Counted from the stretch's first letter, positions 48,362-60,236 are shown. The stretch: 64,000 nt of DNA from Oikopleura dioica (GCA_907165135.1 OU015567.1:11718001-11782000); one strand, 5' to 3'. Notes: a model not told the origin generated them from the letters alone. Translations and numbers: made by a program.

Positions 48362-49280
48362 TCATGCGTCGCCGGGATCTTGGTTTTGGTCCTCTTCATC
48401 TTAAGTCAAAAACGTTAGAAGGTAAGCTGACAGAAAGGGCTCACCTTCGATGATGACACTTCGGAAGATCACGGTTATTGTGGGCGACTTTTCCTTCTTG
48501 CGCTTAGGAACGGCATGCTTCCAATTCCTTTGCATTGGGTCGTGCATGATCACAACTGTGCCGTCCTTTATTGGAATATTAAAAGTATCTTCTTTATTAT
48601 TGTTTGGCTTGAACTTATAATCTCGCCGCGCTCCGAAAGATACTAAAATCAGAAATAAAGAGGCAATAATGAAAAAAGCGGCTTACTTGAGGCGATTGGA
48701 ACTGACTGGTCGACGTCTTCCTCGTCGTGTGCAAAGACGCCGAGGCTGTTCTCGCCGTCGTCGAATTTGTTTATGATACACATGTTGTATTTAACATTGT
48801 GCAGCGCCTCCATTTGGACCTTTAGCTTCGTTAGGACGGGGCACCAGTCGGAGCAGGCGAGGGGTGCTCGTTTGGTTTGTTTGAATTCGAGTCCCTTGTC
48901 GGCGTACAAGGCTTTGTCGTGAGGGAGGTTGTAGTTCTTGCCGTATACCGATACACAAGTTTCTTCGGGACTAGGAATACAGTAGGACAAAGGCTATAAT
49001 TCAGGGCTTACTTCAAGTACTCGATTTGATCCTGCAGCTCTTCATAGTAAGTCTTGCACTCGTCGGCAGTAAAATAGGTAGCGTGCTCGACCTTGCCCTC
49101 CGCTCGTCGGAAGCTCAGCGTTTCCCATTTTAATTTCTTCGTCTTTTTGACTTCTTGCGCTGGTTTTTCTGTGATTTCTGGTTCGACCTCATCGTTCTTA
49201 CGCTTCCTCGATACGAGATTCTCGGTTGATGGCTTTGAGTTCTCCAGCGGGTTGGGCAATTTTCCGATGGGCTCTTCCAT
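48362..49280 (-). CDS. ALKBH2-like AlkB-family protein with degenerate catalytic residues
   Basis: YYEELQDQIEY, VSVYGK, WCPVL, YNMCIINKFDDG, VPIASISFGARRD, WKHAVP..TITVIFR align without gaps around the motifs to ALKBH2 as recalled. Confidence 0.75.
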
Positions 49281-49433
49281 GGCCGCGTTCAGTCTAAAAT
49301 ACTTTAAGTTAGGATTTTGTTTCTGAAGAATGCCCGTTGACTTTATTTAAATAAGAGGTAAAGTAATTTCACTCGTTTTTCATGTTTTATCGTTTCCCTC
49401 TTGAACTGTGCTTGAAATTCAACTTGAATGGGC

Positions 49434-51366
49434 TTATAGAATCTCGAGATCCACATGCTTCACAAAAGGAAAGGCTTTTTTGACGGAGACTTCGATGTTG
49501 TCGATTTCTTTGCCGAGATGGTCGATGCCCCCGTTTATATGGAGCGTGAGGTATTCATCGATTTGGCGCAGCCTCTAGAAATGAATCGGTGACTCATCGC
49601 ACTAGTGATTCGGCTAGTAAGCAGTGGAATGCCTAGATCAATCACCGATTTTTACCTTGAAGGGGAGTTTTGCTTCCCCAGCGTTTTGGAACTCTGCATA
49701 AACTTCCGCGGCGTCCAGCTCGCTCAAATAAGCGGAACCAATCACCCCACCGTCGATATCGATTTCCGCTTTTAGTCGCACAACCTCGGGCCCAATATAC
49801 GTCGCCTTTACGTCGTACACGCCTTTGATTGCAGGATGAAGCTCTAAAGTTCGTTTAAATTCGCGAAAAATTAACAGGCTAGCGTACCGAGATGATCCTG
49901 GATTGCGAGCACTTGTTTTTGCGGGATACTCTTGCCAATGAGAAAGCGCGAGTTTTGGGTCATGAGAAAACTAGCAACCCCGCCAAGCATGAAACCGATT
50001 ATGACGGAACCCGAGGCGTCGAACAAGTGATTGCCAGTTATTTGGGTCAGACCTAAGCAAACGCTTTAGGTTTCAGAAAATACATTAAAATTCTTACCCA
50101 TACAAACACCAGCGACAACACAACCCAAAACAGCGCAACTGTCTTCTAGCAAAACCACATTTACTGACGGATTTTTTCCTTCGCTAATATATTTCCAAAA
50201 GGAAGTATTTTCTTTTGAAGCCTGCTCACTTGCCGTCATCATTGCCTATTTATTGTTAAGAGACGTCGAAGACCGAGTTTACCTTTATCAAAACGATCGA
50301 GTCTATAAGCGCCGATCCAGCGAGAACAAGATACGCCATCTGCAGCTCTGAACCGATAAGTTCATGGGGAAAGACGGCACTCGTTGCGCCATGCCAAACC
50401 GATACTCCTGCCCCGAGGCAAAAGATCCCCACGCCAGATACAAGCGATGTTACTAGCAGTGAACGTTAGTTACAGTTATATTCAAGAAGCTCCTACCGTA
50501 ACGCATGTTTTCATACCCATACGGGTGGTCTACTGAAGGTTGTCTACGAGCCATATAAACGCCATAATATAGAACAACTGAATTCGCTGTATCCACGAGG
50601 GAATGAATTGCTTCCGATAACATTGAAGCAGAACCAGTTTTAATTGCAAAGATAGTCTTAACGGCAAAAATACTAAAAACTCGTCAAGAATTTTACATTT
50701 TTCAGAAACTCACGATGCATTTCCACAGAATTGCCAAATCACGACTGTATCTCCTTCATTAACTTTTGCACTTTGCCCTTTCGTTTGTTGCGCCATCCGG
50801 GTATTCTGTCGATTTCGATACTTTTCCAAGTCATTCTTTGAGGCCTTGACATTCCGCCCGGCCATTCTTTGCCCAACTTCTATAACCTTATCTTCCAGAA
50901 AGACCTTGATCTCCTTTCCATCTTCATACGGACTTCGTACCATGAAGAAGTCCAAGTCTTTCAAATCTTCCTCGGTCACACCGTACTCGTCCTTAGCTCG
51001 GGAAAGCGTAATGGTATTATTTTCTGAAAGGCTTTATAGACTTATCGGCAAGTTCTGTTTTTATTCGCGTACTTGAGGGAACCGGAGGGATCAGTTTCTT
51101 CCGATAGTCCAGCCGGGTGGTGTAGGATCTTGAAGTCGATAGAAAACATATTCGAGGGGGCCGTATTCGACGCATCATTCTAGTAAGTTGAAAACTTTGA
51201 TGGTTGTAAGAAGGGCACGGGTGTAACAGATCACGATGACCTGGACGACGGAAAGCCGAGCTAATTAATAGCGGAGGGTTTCAAGACGAAAGGCACCACC
51301 AGATGGTACCCCCGCTCTGACCACTCCATAATCATTCGAGCTGATCCCGGTTAGTTTTGACACCAT
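49434..51366 (-). CDS. SLC30A9: Zinc transporter 9 (mitochondrial CDF family); start codon uncertain
   Basis: NNTITLSRAKDEY..RSPY, GSASMLSEAIHSLVDT, HPYGYENMRY, VVLLEDSCAV, HLFDASGSVIIG, VYDVKATYIG, ending VKHVDLEIL*. Confidence 0.88.
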
Positions 51367-51487
51367 ATGAGAAATTTAAACGGTCAGTTATGATTTTTCG
51401 TGTTGTTCGGCACAGCGGCCGCTCATATTTATATTTATTCCTTCAATAAAAAAGATCCTTCGATGTTCTCATTCAAAAAACGTTCGT

Positions 51488-52620
51488 TTAGTTATTTACA
51501 AAGATTTCATCCGTAACGTGCTTCGGCGCTTCTGGCAGGTTCTTCTTGTGCTCTTCCTTTGCTTCTCTTTCGATGACCTTGTTCATGTAACTCTTGCCCT
51601 TTTGGCCGTAGCCTTGGGCGCGTCTTCGCTCGTTCGGGCTCACATAATCTAGAACACAAATATTCACATCAATCACAAGAGCGAGGATAATAGCAACAAA
51701 TAAAAAAACAATATGCGTATTTTACCTGGATTGAGATAGATCGCTGGCCCCGAAAACGGTCCCTCCTGAATCCTTTGCAAGTTCAGCACCAGTCGCGGTC
51801 CGATTTCAACCGTCTCAGGCTCAAACTTCTGATCCTTGACCTTGTTCGTTCCTTCCAAGATGATCTGATAGTTTCTGATCCAGATTCTGTCGTCGAGGAT
51901 GGAGAAGTTGAGGACGTGGTCGATGAATGGCTGCGATTTGGGGTGATAGCGGGGAGTGCCGAAGACCTGAGTGAACATTTCTTTGATGAGGGCGTAGTGA
52001 GGTTCTTCGTCGAAGTGATGGTCGAAGACGAGCAGGGGGCGAGAGCCCTTTAATAGAAATACTTGGACGGTTGAAGTTTTTTTAATACCTTTAGGCAGTT
52101 TCCTGAAAATTTCAATTCACCCATCGTGTTCAACCCCTCGACATTGAATCGAATCGTCGGCCCTTCATCAACATCAGCCACTGTTATGTAGAGATCCTTC
52201 TTTTTACGCCCTTCAAAATACAGGATTTTCGAGCAGTTCTTCATTTCTGCGATTTCTTTTATGATCGCCTAAATTTTTTGAGATTCACTAGAAATTTATT
52301 GAAAGATGAGTTTTACCCGGTCGTTTTTCTTTTCGAGCTTGACATCGGCTTTGGAATGTGGCATAATGTTTCGAAGGTCTTGCATAAAATGACGAGTTCG
52401 GTAATCTAAGATCAATTGAAAACACTTGATTTCGATGATTTTTCCTACCAAGGCCTCTTGATCCAAAGATCAAGCATCTGGTCTTGTTCTTCCACTTTCC
52501 CTGCGACATGGTAGGCATGTCGTTGACCTCCAATATTTCGCCAAGTGTGGCGCTAATTTCCTCATTTTTCGCCTTCTTCGCGCTGTCAGCATCTGTCACT
52601 TTTTCGCCGTCTCTCTTCAT
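51488..52620 (-). CDS. BRIX1: Ribosome biogenesis protein BRX1 (Brix domain)
   Basis: KWKNKTRCLIFGSRG, RNIMPHSKADVK, YFEGRKKKDLY, TMGELKFSGNCLKGSRPLL, FGTPRYHPKSQPFIDHV, EIGPRLVLN. Confidence 0.93.
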
Positions 52621-52935
52621 CTCCTCTAATTCTGTTTATCTAAAGCGGTGTCTTGTTAGGCGCGTCTTATTAGTACTGTACGATTCTTTTCTATCTACAG
52701 TCGGGGAGTGGCGCAAAACAGCCAAGAAAAAGGAGCGGCGGGCGACCGAGCACCCTTTTTTGCGTGGGGAGAGATCGAACCAGTCCGACTGCGCCCAATC
52801 AATAGCACAAAATAAGACAGTCAATTGTCTGTCTCCTTGCAGCGCGTTTTTATCGTTTTTCGATAGCTAGATACGGACAGTAAGAACTTTTATACAGGCA
52901 GTGAATATTTCTAATTTCTAGGAACTTTGGTTTGT

Positions 52936-54033
52936 TCACATGTCTTTTGAAAACTCTTCCATGTAAATTTTGTACAGTTTCTTGTGCTCTTCTGCAGCTT
53001 TAACAGCTAGGAAAGAGTTAAAACAATATTCCAATTTGAATAATAAATGTACCCAGCTTATCTGCTTTTTCATTGCCGAGTTCTCCATTGTGGCCCTTGA
53101 CGTGTCTGAATTCAATGTCCACAAAGTTTCTCCGGATGTCGTCTATTTTCTGGAAGATTTCCTGGTGGATAATTGGGCTCTTGTCGTACTTAGTCCACTT
53201 TCCATCCTTCGCAAATCGCTTCCACTTGATTATCCAGACGTCCAGGGCGCTGATGCAGAATTTCGAGTCCGTCCGCACTTCGATTTTTTTGAACCCCTTT
53301 TCTTTCGCATGCCTTAACATTTCCATAATGTGTTTCGACAGTAATTTGCTCACTTGACAGCGGCGAGGATGGCCCTTGCCTCGCCAAAATTGTTCGTCGA
53401 GTATTCATTTTCAAAGCGGTCGTTCGGGATGGAATCCGCTTTCGCCGGGCCCCACCAAACACCTGACCCGCTGAAGCGTAGCCCCTTCTTGTTTTGATTG
53501 CCCGGGCAGGCGCCGTCTGTGTAAACCACATATGTTTCGCCGTCTTTTTTCAGCAAATATCCGTCTTCTGTCTCTTTAAGTGTGTTGTAGGGCTCATAAT
53601 CGGCATCTTTGTCACTCTTGCCTTCTGGATAATCAGACTTTTTATCATCGTTCTTCGATTTTTTGAACTGGTTAAAATTTGGTTTCGCATCTCCTTTTCT
53701 CTTCGAAGGACCATTTTTCCGTTGGGAAGTGCTAAGAATATCATTCTCCTTATCAACTCGTTCTTCTTTGACTGAATCTTCCGTTGATGTTCCACTTCCG
53801 AATTTCTTGACAAAGTCTGAAGCTGCCAATCGATCTGGAAACTTCTTAAATTTCGCGCCACTGAAGCCATTCACATTTGCTTGACATTCTGCCCATGTTA
53901 GATAAACTCCAGGATTTTTGCCTTTTGCGACTGCGTAAAATGGCATACTGAAGAGCCTTGATGCAGATTATCACGACTTGGTGCTACTTTACGTGTATGT
54001 GAAGATGTTACGACGAATAAATCTATTTAGCAT
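52936..54033 (-). CDS. RNASEH1: Ribonuclease H1 with upstream mitochondrial-targeting exon
   Basis: HBD MPFYAVAKGKNPGVYLTWAEC..FKKF; catalytic YTDGAC, TNNFGEARA, RTDSKF, HVKGHNGELGNEKADKLA. An in-frame upstream ATG at 54033 joins via a 45-nt intron (53948-53992). Confidence 0.93.
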
Positions 54034-54133
54034 ACATCCATTCAATCTTAAAACTAGAGTGAAAATATTTACTAAGAATTGTAGAAAGTGATGAACTATT
54101 GAAAATTGTGGCAGTAAAATGAGAAGATGCTTT

Positions 54134-54643
54134 TTAGAGAGATTTTTTCGGTTTTCTAGGAGTCAGGAAGAGGGATCTTTTCGCTGTTTTCTCCTCTTTA
54201 GATGCGGATTCGAGATTCTTCCTGAGAGTGGTGAGTTCTTTAGCGATTTTCGACTTTCGGTTTTCGAAAAACTTGATCTTGTTTTGGACAATAGTCTGTT
54301 CCGCCTCAAGTTTATGAATTGAAAGCTTGATTTCTTCGGCTTTGCTCAGAACCTTGCGCCGTTTGGTCAATCTTGGAGTTTCAGGTGTTCTTGAAATCGA
54401 CAAATCACGCGTTGAAACGCATCGTTTTCGCTTATCCGAGAGAACAGGAGTTGAGTTGTCCTGTTCTTTTCGAAGGTACTCGAGTGCGCCTTTGAGCGAC
54501 TTGAATTCTTCAAATCGCGCGCCTGGGTATCCATTAACTTGGGCGTACAGCTCGTCCCAGGTCTGAAAGAGTCCGGTTTTACGACCCACAGCGACTGCGT
54601 AAAACTCCTGCTGCACTGGTAAACTCATTCGCCGCCCGTCCAT
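54134..54643 (-). CDS. RNase H1 N-terminal hybrid-binding-domain (Cauli_VI)-only protein with basic NLS-like segments and a coiled coil
   Basis: FYAVAVGRKTGLFQTWDELYAQVNGYPGARFEEF matches the HBD. No RNase H catalytic motifs in the remaining ~110 aa. Single exon. Confidence 0.8.
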   Translation of the reverse strand: MDGRRMSLPVQQEFYAVAVGRKTGLFQTWDELYAQVNGYPGARFEEFKSLKGALEYLRKEQDNSTPVLSDKRKRCVSTRDLSISRTPETPRLTKRRKVLSKAEEIKLSIHKLEAEQTIVQNKIKFFENRKSKIAKELTTLRKNLESASKEEKTAKRSLFLTPRKPKKSL

Positions 54644-54922
54644 ATGGAATAGATAAAAGCAAGATTTCTATAAAAGATTTTCGTTTATTTTCTTTCTAGG
54701 ATTCATTTGAATCGAATTTCATATTTCATTGAATACAGAAAGAGTGTGAAAATAGCAAAAGAAGGCAACAGTATGTTCAGATATGATTCATATCATATGA
54801 TTATGAAATAAACAATCTCAGTCAGGGCGGGATTCAAACAGAGCACTTTTTGAACGTTATGAATTTTTACTTTCCGATTTAGAGCAACGACCCGTGTTAA
54901 GATGGCAAGCTTAAAGATATCA

Positions 54923-56118
54923 TCATAATTTAGTGGGTGGTTTATTATTGTTAGTAAGAGCTTTCTGCTTCACTCGTGTGTTCCATGCGAGTAGATCTTG
55001 TAGCGTGTTGAACCAGTCGTGATCCATGCGGGATACGGTAGGTAACGAATGCTGAGATTGTTGATTAAATTATTTATCGATGAAGAGATCGAGTTTACCT
55101 CTGAAGCCTTGATAATTAAATCTTGATTCTTCTGCAACTCTGGTCCAAGACGTCCATCGAAGCTAACAACGGCGTGTTTCCTCGCCTCAGGAACGACTTT
55201 AATTTTTATTACGGAAGTGGAAGGGACAACGATAGGCCTGAAAGACAACGAATGCGGACAAATAGGAGTGATGAGAATAGCCGGGACGGCTGGATGAACC
55301 ATTCCTGCGCCAGCCGAGAGCGAATACGCGGTTGAACCGGTTGGTGTCGCTATGATGATGCCATCAGCTTGAACTTGCGTGACCAAGTTGTCGTTGACAT
55401 ACAGCTCGAGATTGCTGAGGTAGTGATGAGAGCCGCGATCGACGACGATTTCGTTCAGAGCGGTGTTTGAAACATCGGGCGAGTCGGAGCCCGGAGTAAT
55501 GAGTTCGGCATGCAGTCTGGAGCGAAGAAGAACCTTTGATATACAGTGTTGGCAAATATTAATAGAAGCGTGTAGCGTCTAGGCAGTCTGTTTACCTTCA
55601 TGTTCCCTCCTATCACGTCATTTATGTGTTCTTTGAACTCAGTGAAGTCAAATGGGGTCAAGAACCCAAGCGATCCCAAGTTGAAAGACATCACGGGAGG
55701 AATACACGAGGGAAACAAGGAGGAAGCGTAAAGCAGGGTTCCATCGCCACCGAGGCAAACAACGAAATCGATCTTTTCCGAGATCTTTTCGAACCCCGTC
55801 ATGCCTTGAAAGACTTTCAATTCTGATTTGATCTCTTCGAACTTCTCAGAATGCTCTGACGATGAAATATCATCATCTGTTAATGTTTTTTCTTCCACAA
55901 AGACAAACATGTTCTTTTCTTTCAAGAGCTAAATCGGATAGTAAAAACAATTTCTAAAACAATTTTACCCATTCCGCAAGTTCAACGAAGGGTCCAACAG
56001 TATCGTAATGGAGCTTTCGAATAACCAAGACAGAATCAGGCGACACTTCCCATTCCATCCTGCCCTTCGAACTGATCTTTTCTCGATTATGAAAATTTTC
56101 AAGTCCAAGTGGAGGCAT
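54923..56118 (-). CDS. NADK: NAD kinase
   Basis: W..SPDSVLVIRK, VCLGGDGTLL, SFNLGSLGFL, ALNEIVVDRG, QADGIIIATPTGSTAYSLSAG, PICPHSLSFRP, SFDGR. Further upstream exons possible. Confidence 0.93.
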
Positions 56119-56903
56119 TTCAATTTATGGGTGGATGATAATAATGAGAACGCTCTTTTATGATGTGAAAAAAGGCACCTTGCTTCCTAGACAAACAACA
56201 AATAGTCTATTCAAGTGTAATGTAATATTACTAATGTTCCATTAATCAGAATCTTCTAGGCCGTCCATGAGAAACGTTTCATAGTCGAAGAAATTGAACA
56301 ATAGGGCGATTAAGTAGTGCAAAGAAAGCTAGCTCTAACCGAGACCTGAGGAGAACTCAGAGTAGGCATGATATTGACATGACGCCCATGCCGGGAGGGT
56401 CGCCTATGGGCAGTCCCAGTTGGCTTTTACAGGGTCAAGATATGAATCAACAACGGATGAGTTCACTTGACAATGTGGAGATGGTGGTCGGTTTTTCTTT
56501 TAAGAGTGCTCGAGTCACAGAATACAGGCGGGCTATTACTTCTCTCCAGTAAAAAGATTTTTATGAGCCCTTCTTAGGGCTTTTTGAAGCTATGAATTCT
56601 ATTCAAGTGTTTATTTTGTCTGCCGAAAATGTCTAGAGTCCTGTAAAATCAAAACCGACCAACACCCCTTCAGATTAATATTCATCCTTATTCAGTAATC
56701 ATTGACCCCTAATCAAAGGTAAATGCTCCATTACAAACCCAGCCCGGTCCGACCGATATCTATGCTGAAATTTATAACTAAAAATCATTTTCGTAATCGT
56801 AAATAAATAGAATCAGGCAGGGTTCTGGAAATCTCTCCAAAAAGGACATAAAATACAGTAGATGAAGATCTACAAATCACGTTGATCTACAGTGTGGTAA
56901 TCT

Positions 56904-58775
56904 TTAGTCAAGTTTGACACAAATCTTGCCAATTGATTTCTTGGAGTAAAGATAATCAACTCCATCAGGAATGGCTTCGATTCCCTGCAAATTTGGGCCG
57001 AAGTCAACTTTGCTCGAGATTGCGCCGCTATCGACAAGACGCACAAGATTTTGATAAGCATCGGACATCAGGTGAGGGTAGTGCATCAAGAAAAAACCGT
57101 TCATGGAGGCGGATTTGGTTAGGAGTTTGACAGGAATCACGGACGCTGAACAATATTGAATTCTTTGTCGTTGTTGTTTGGCTTTTAGTAAAATAAAGAT
57201 GAATTACCATAAGAATTTTTTGGCCGGAAATTTTTTTTGCGAGTTATCACTATATTCTGAAAGCCCATATCAGAATTAGTGGATTCCCAAAATTCTAGCG
57301 CCCGATGACGTCATTATGACGTCAGAAAAGATGATAAAATCATCAAGATAGGCAAAACTTTTTAACCGTTTTTGAGAGGGTTCTTGTTTGAAATTCGTGT
57401 TTTTCTTTTCAGAATATTGTTCAGCATGAAAAACTGAATAATCACCCGACATTAAACCGTCCGATATCGTAGTTAACCGACCGGTAATTTCGCCAGTTAA
57501 AAATAAAACCGGTCGGTTCGATGAAATTTTGCTGGGTGATTGTTCAGTTTTTCATGCTGAACAAGATTCCAAAAAGAAAAAATTGAATTTAAAACAAAAT
57601 CCATGTCAAAAACGGTTAAAAAGTTTCATCATTTGGGGCCTTTTTTTAACCTTAAATCATCATAAATGACGTCATAATGACGTCATTAGGCGCTAGAAAT
57701 TTGGGAATCCACTAATTCTGATGCGGGCTTTCACAATATAGTGATAACTCGAAAAGAAATTTTCTGCCAAAAAAATTCTTATGGTAATTCATCTAAACAT
57801 GAGTTAGATTTATTAATCGATTTCCTGTGGATATTGCTTTGCAGGTATGATTCTATAATTCTGTCTGGTGAGATTACTTGAGGCTCGTCTTGGTGGCCGC
57901 GTGCGAATTCCTCGTACGATTGATCGTTTACCTTGCGGGGACACGCCTCGAGCCATTCCACCCTTCTCCAAGTAGCTTGAGATAAATCCGATTTGAACAC
58001 ATTTGCCAGCAGTTGCCAAATTGTCAATAACAGAGTCGAGAACTTTTCCACCAACACTTTCGTAAGCCACGTTGACGCCGCTCGGGGCGAGTTCTGGCAA
58101 TGCCACGCCTAGTTTCTCTTCGGAAAGATTGATCACGTGCGTAGCGCCAATGCTCTTGAGAAAGTCGGCCTTCTTTTGATTAGAGCAAGTCGCAATGACT
58201 TTGCTCGCGCCGGAGTGAGCGAGCAACTGGGTCGCAAACTGGCCAGTGCCACCAGCAGCGGCAGTAACGAGACCGACTCTTGGAGGCTTGCTTGAAGCAT
58301 CCTTCTTGAAAACGTCGACTCCGTTGACATTCAGAGAAATTGCTGCGGTCAGGCCTGAAACCAAAAGGGGAATGTATTTTGGGTCGGCAGTGGGGACCGG
58401 AAACACTAAAATAATACTTGAAAGAAAGATCGAAAAGAAAGTATCGTTACCTTTGGAAGTGGTGTGATAGTCGGAGAATGCGCCGTATTCCATGTAGCAC
58501 ACGTGATCTCCTTCTTTTGCCATCGCTTTAGGTCCTGCTGCAACGACTGTTCCTACAGCTTCGAATCCGCAAGGAAAAGGAGGTTGCACTCCAGGCATGT
58601 ATGCGCCAGAAGTAAAGTTAACATCAGACGCGTTGATTCCAACAGCGTGATTCTTAATGACCATTTCTCGACCGCTGGGTTCCGCAAGTGGCACTTCTTG
58701 AAGAGCTACTGACTCGCGAAAGTTCTGAGATAACTTTTGGACTAGCCATTGCCGAGTTACTCTAGGCAAGCTCAT
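56904..58775 (-). CDS. PTGR3: Prostaglandin reductase 3 / ZADH2 (MDR family)
   Basis: KLSQNFRESV, VGINASDVNFTSG, PFPCGFEAVG, LVTAAAGGTGQFA, YESVGG, IPVKLLTKSASMNGFFL, KSIGKICV. Confidence 0.88.
57198..57793. mobile_element. 596-bp near-palindromic MITE in a PTGR3 intron; superfamily unassigned
   Basis: Direct TAAA at 57194-57197 and 57794-57797. Ends GATGAATTACCATAAGAATTTTTT. Arms pair imperfectly for about 250 bp. Host intron is 57146-57931. Confidence 0.8.
57306..57685. promoter_or_regulatory. Four perfect CRE palindromes (TGACGTCA), two per MITE arm
   Basis: TGACGTCA at 57306, 57317, 57667 and 57678. The motifs are certain; function is not shown. Confidence 0.4.
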
Positions 58776-58896
58776 TCTGAATAAAGTCAAGTTTAGGCCA
58801 AGGGTTAAATTAAGCGTTCATTGTTTCGGCAGTTGGCTCAGCCACGCGGAAAAGTTCAAGTTCTCTCGTTCTCAAATTATTGGACATCTATTGGTT

Positions 58897-60236
58897 TTAA
58901 ATACAGCCAGGGCAGGAGTGCAGATGATCATCTATGAAGCCGTCACAATCGCCACACAGGGAGCTCTGGCACTTGTCGCAGACGACAAATTGTCGACCCT
59001 GCTCAACAGTAGAAGGAGCGAAATTGCAGCCGACGCAGGGTTTGATCTGATCGAACTGACTGCGCTCGAGCTCAAGATCGATCTCTTCGTCTTTCTGCTC
59101 CGGAATAGAAGGCGTAACTGTTGACGGAGGAAAGAGGTGATGGTAGCACCGAGCGAGATGAGCTGCAGAAACGAGGGATAACCTGCAGACGTCACATAAC
59201 GTTGGGATTGCTAGAATGTGGTATTTTTGATCATTTGGCCTCTCGATATACCTTTAACTCTTGTTCTGCACTGGGGGCAAATATATTTATCATCTGTTTC
59301 TTTCTGTGGGAATCCCATCTTCACTAGAACACCCTGTCTGGCAGACGACTCAACAGGCGGCCTCGTCAGCTCCTCAAGCTTGTCGGAAATGTCGATAGGA
59401 TCAAGAGGCACAAAATACTTTCCATCAGTCCGCTCTGTCAGCTTCTTCCAAATATTCACTTCTGCCGAGAGAGACACAACGGAGCAACGAATTCCTCCAT
59501 TTGCCACTGTAAAAAAAGTAAATATTAATTCAAGTACTCATCTAAAAAAACTGTCGTACCCGTCTCAATGGTCGAAAATGGACTCGTAACATCGATGGTG
59601 TTTAACGATCCGACAACGAAAATAATCTCCCGATTTGAGTGATCGCCGACTGCGGAGAGCATCGATTTCGCTGCCGCGATTCCGTTTACCATTGAACACT
59701 GTCCACCCGTTTTGAAACCCTTCACTTCGATGTCTTTTAACGCGTTGAGCAAGCGCGCTTCGGATCCCCCAAGAGGAACTAGAAAGCACCTTCATCAACC
59801 ATTCTGTGTAACCAAGTCAACATACCCACAATATTAGCTCGTTTATTCTGCAGAATAACAAGTGCAAGCTGGCCAAGCGGACATGCTGCGAAAAACTTGG
59901 GAACAAACTCTTTCAAACTTCGTATCGCGCATCCAGCTCTATTCGGATAGCGATCTATCCGAAGATCGGGATCTGCCATCGAACGTGACAAGTCAAGCGC
60001 CAAAACACAATGCCTAGATTTATTTTTATAGAGGCACTTTCCACCGACTGCAGCTACCTGACGATGTGGATACGCTTTCCCGCTTCTTGGGCCAGCCGTT
60101 TCTTGGCAAAGAGCCGTTTTGCCGCGGAAGAACCGGAGATTAATGCACCAGTATCATCCTCTCTGAGCGCCTCCCAGGTTCTCTCATACCCTCCTTCCCA
60201 ACGATAACCACTATGTTTGTCTCCACCTTCATCCAT
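58897..60236 (-). CDS. GTF2H2: TFIIH subunit p44
   Basis: RWEGGYERTWE, LDLSRSM.D.DL..PNR, SREIIF, GIRCSVVSLSAEV, MGFP, YICPQC, LVSAAHLARCYHHLFP, C-terminal C4C4 finger ending LHSCPGCI*. Confidence 0.93.
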
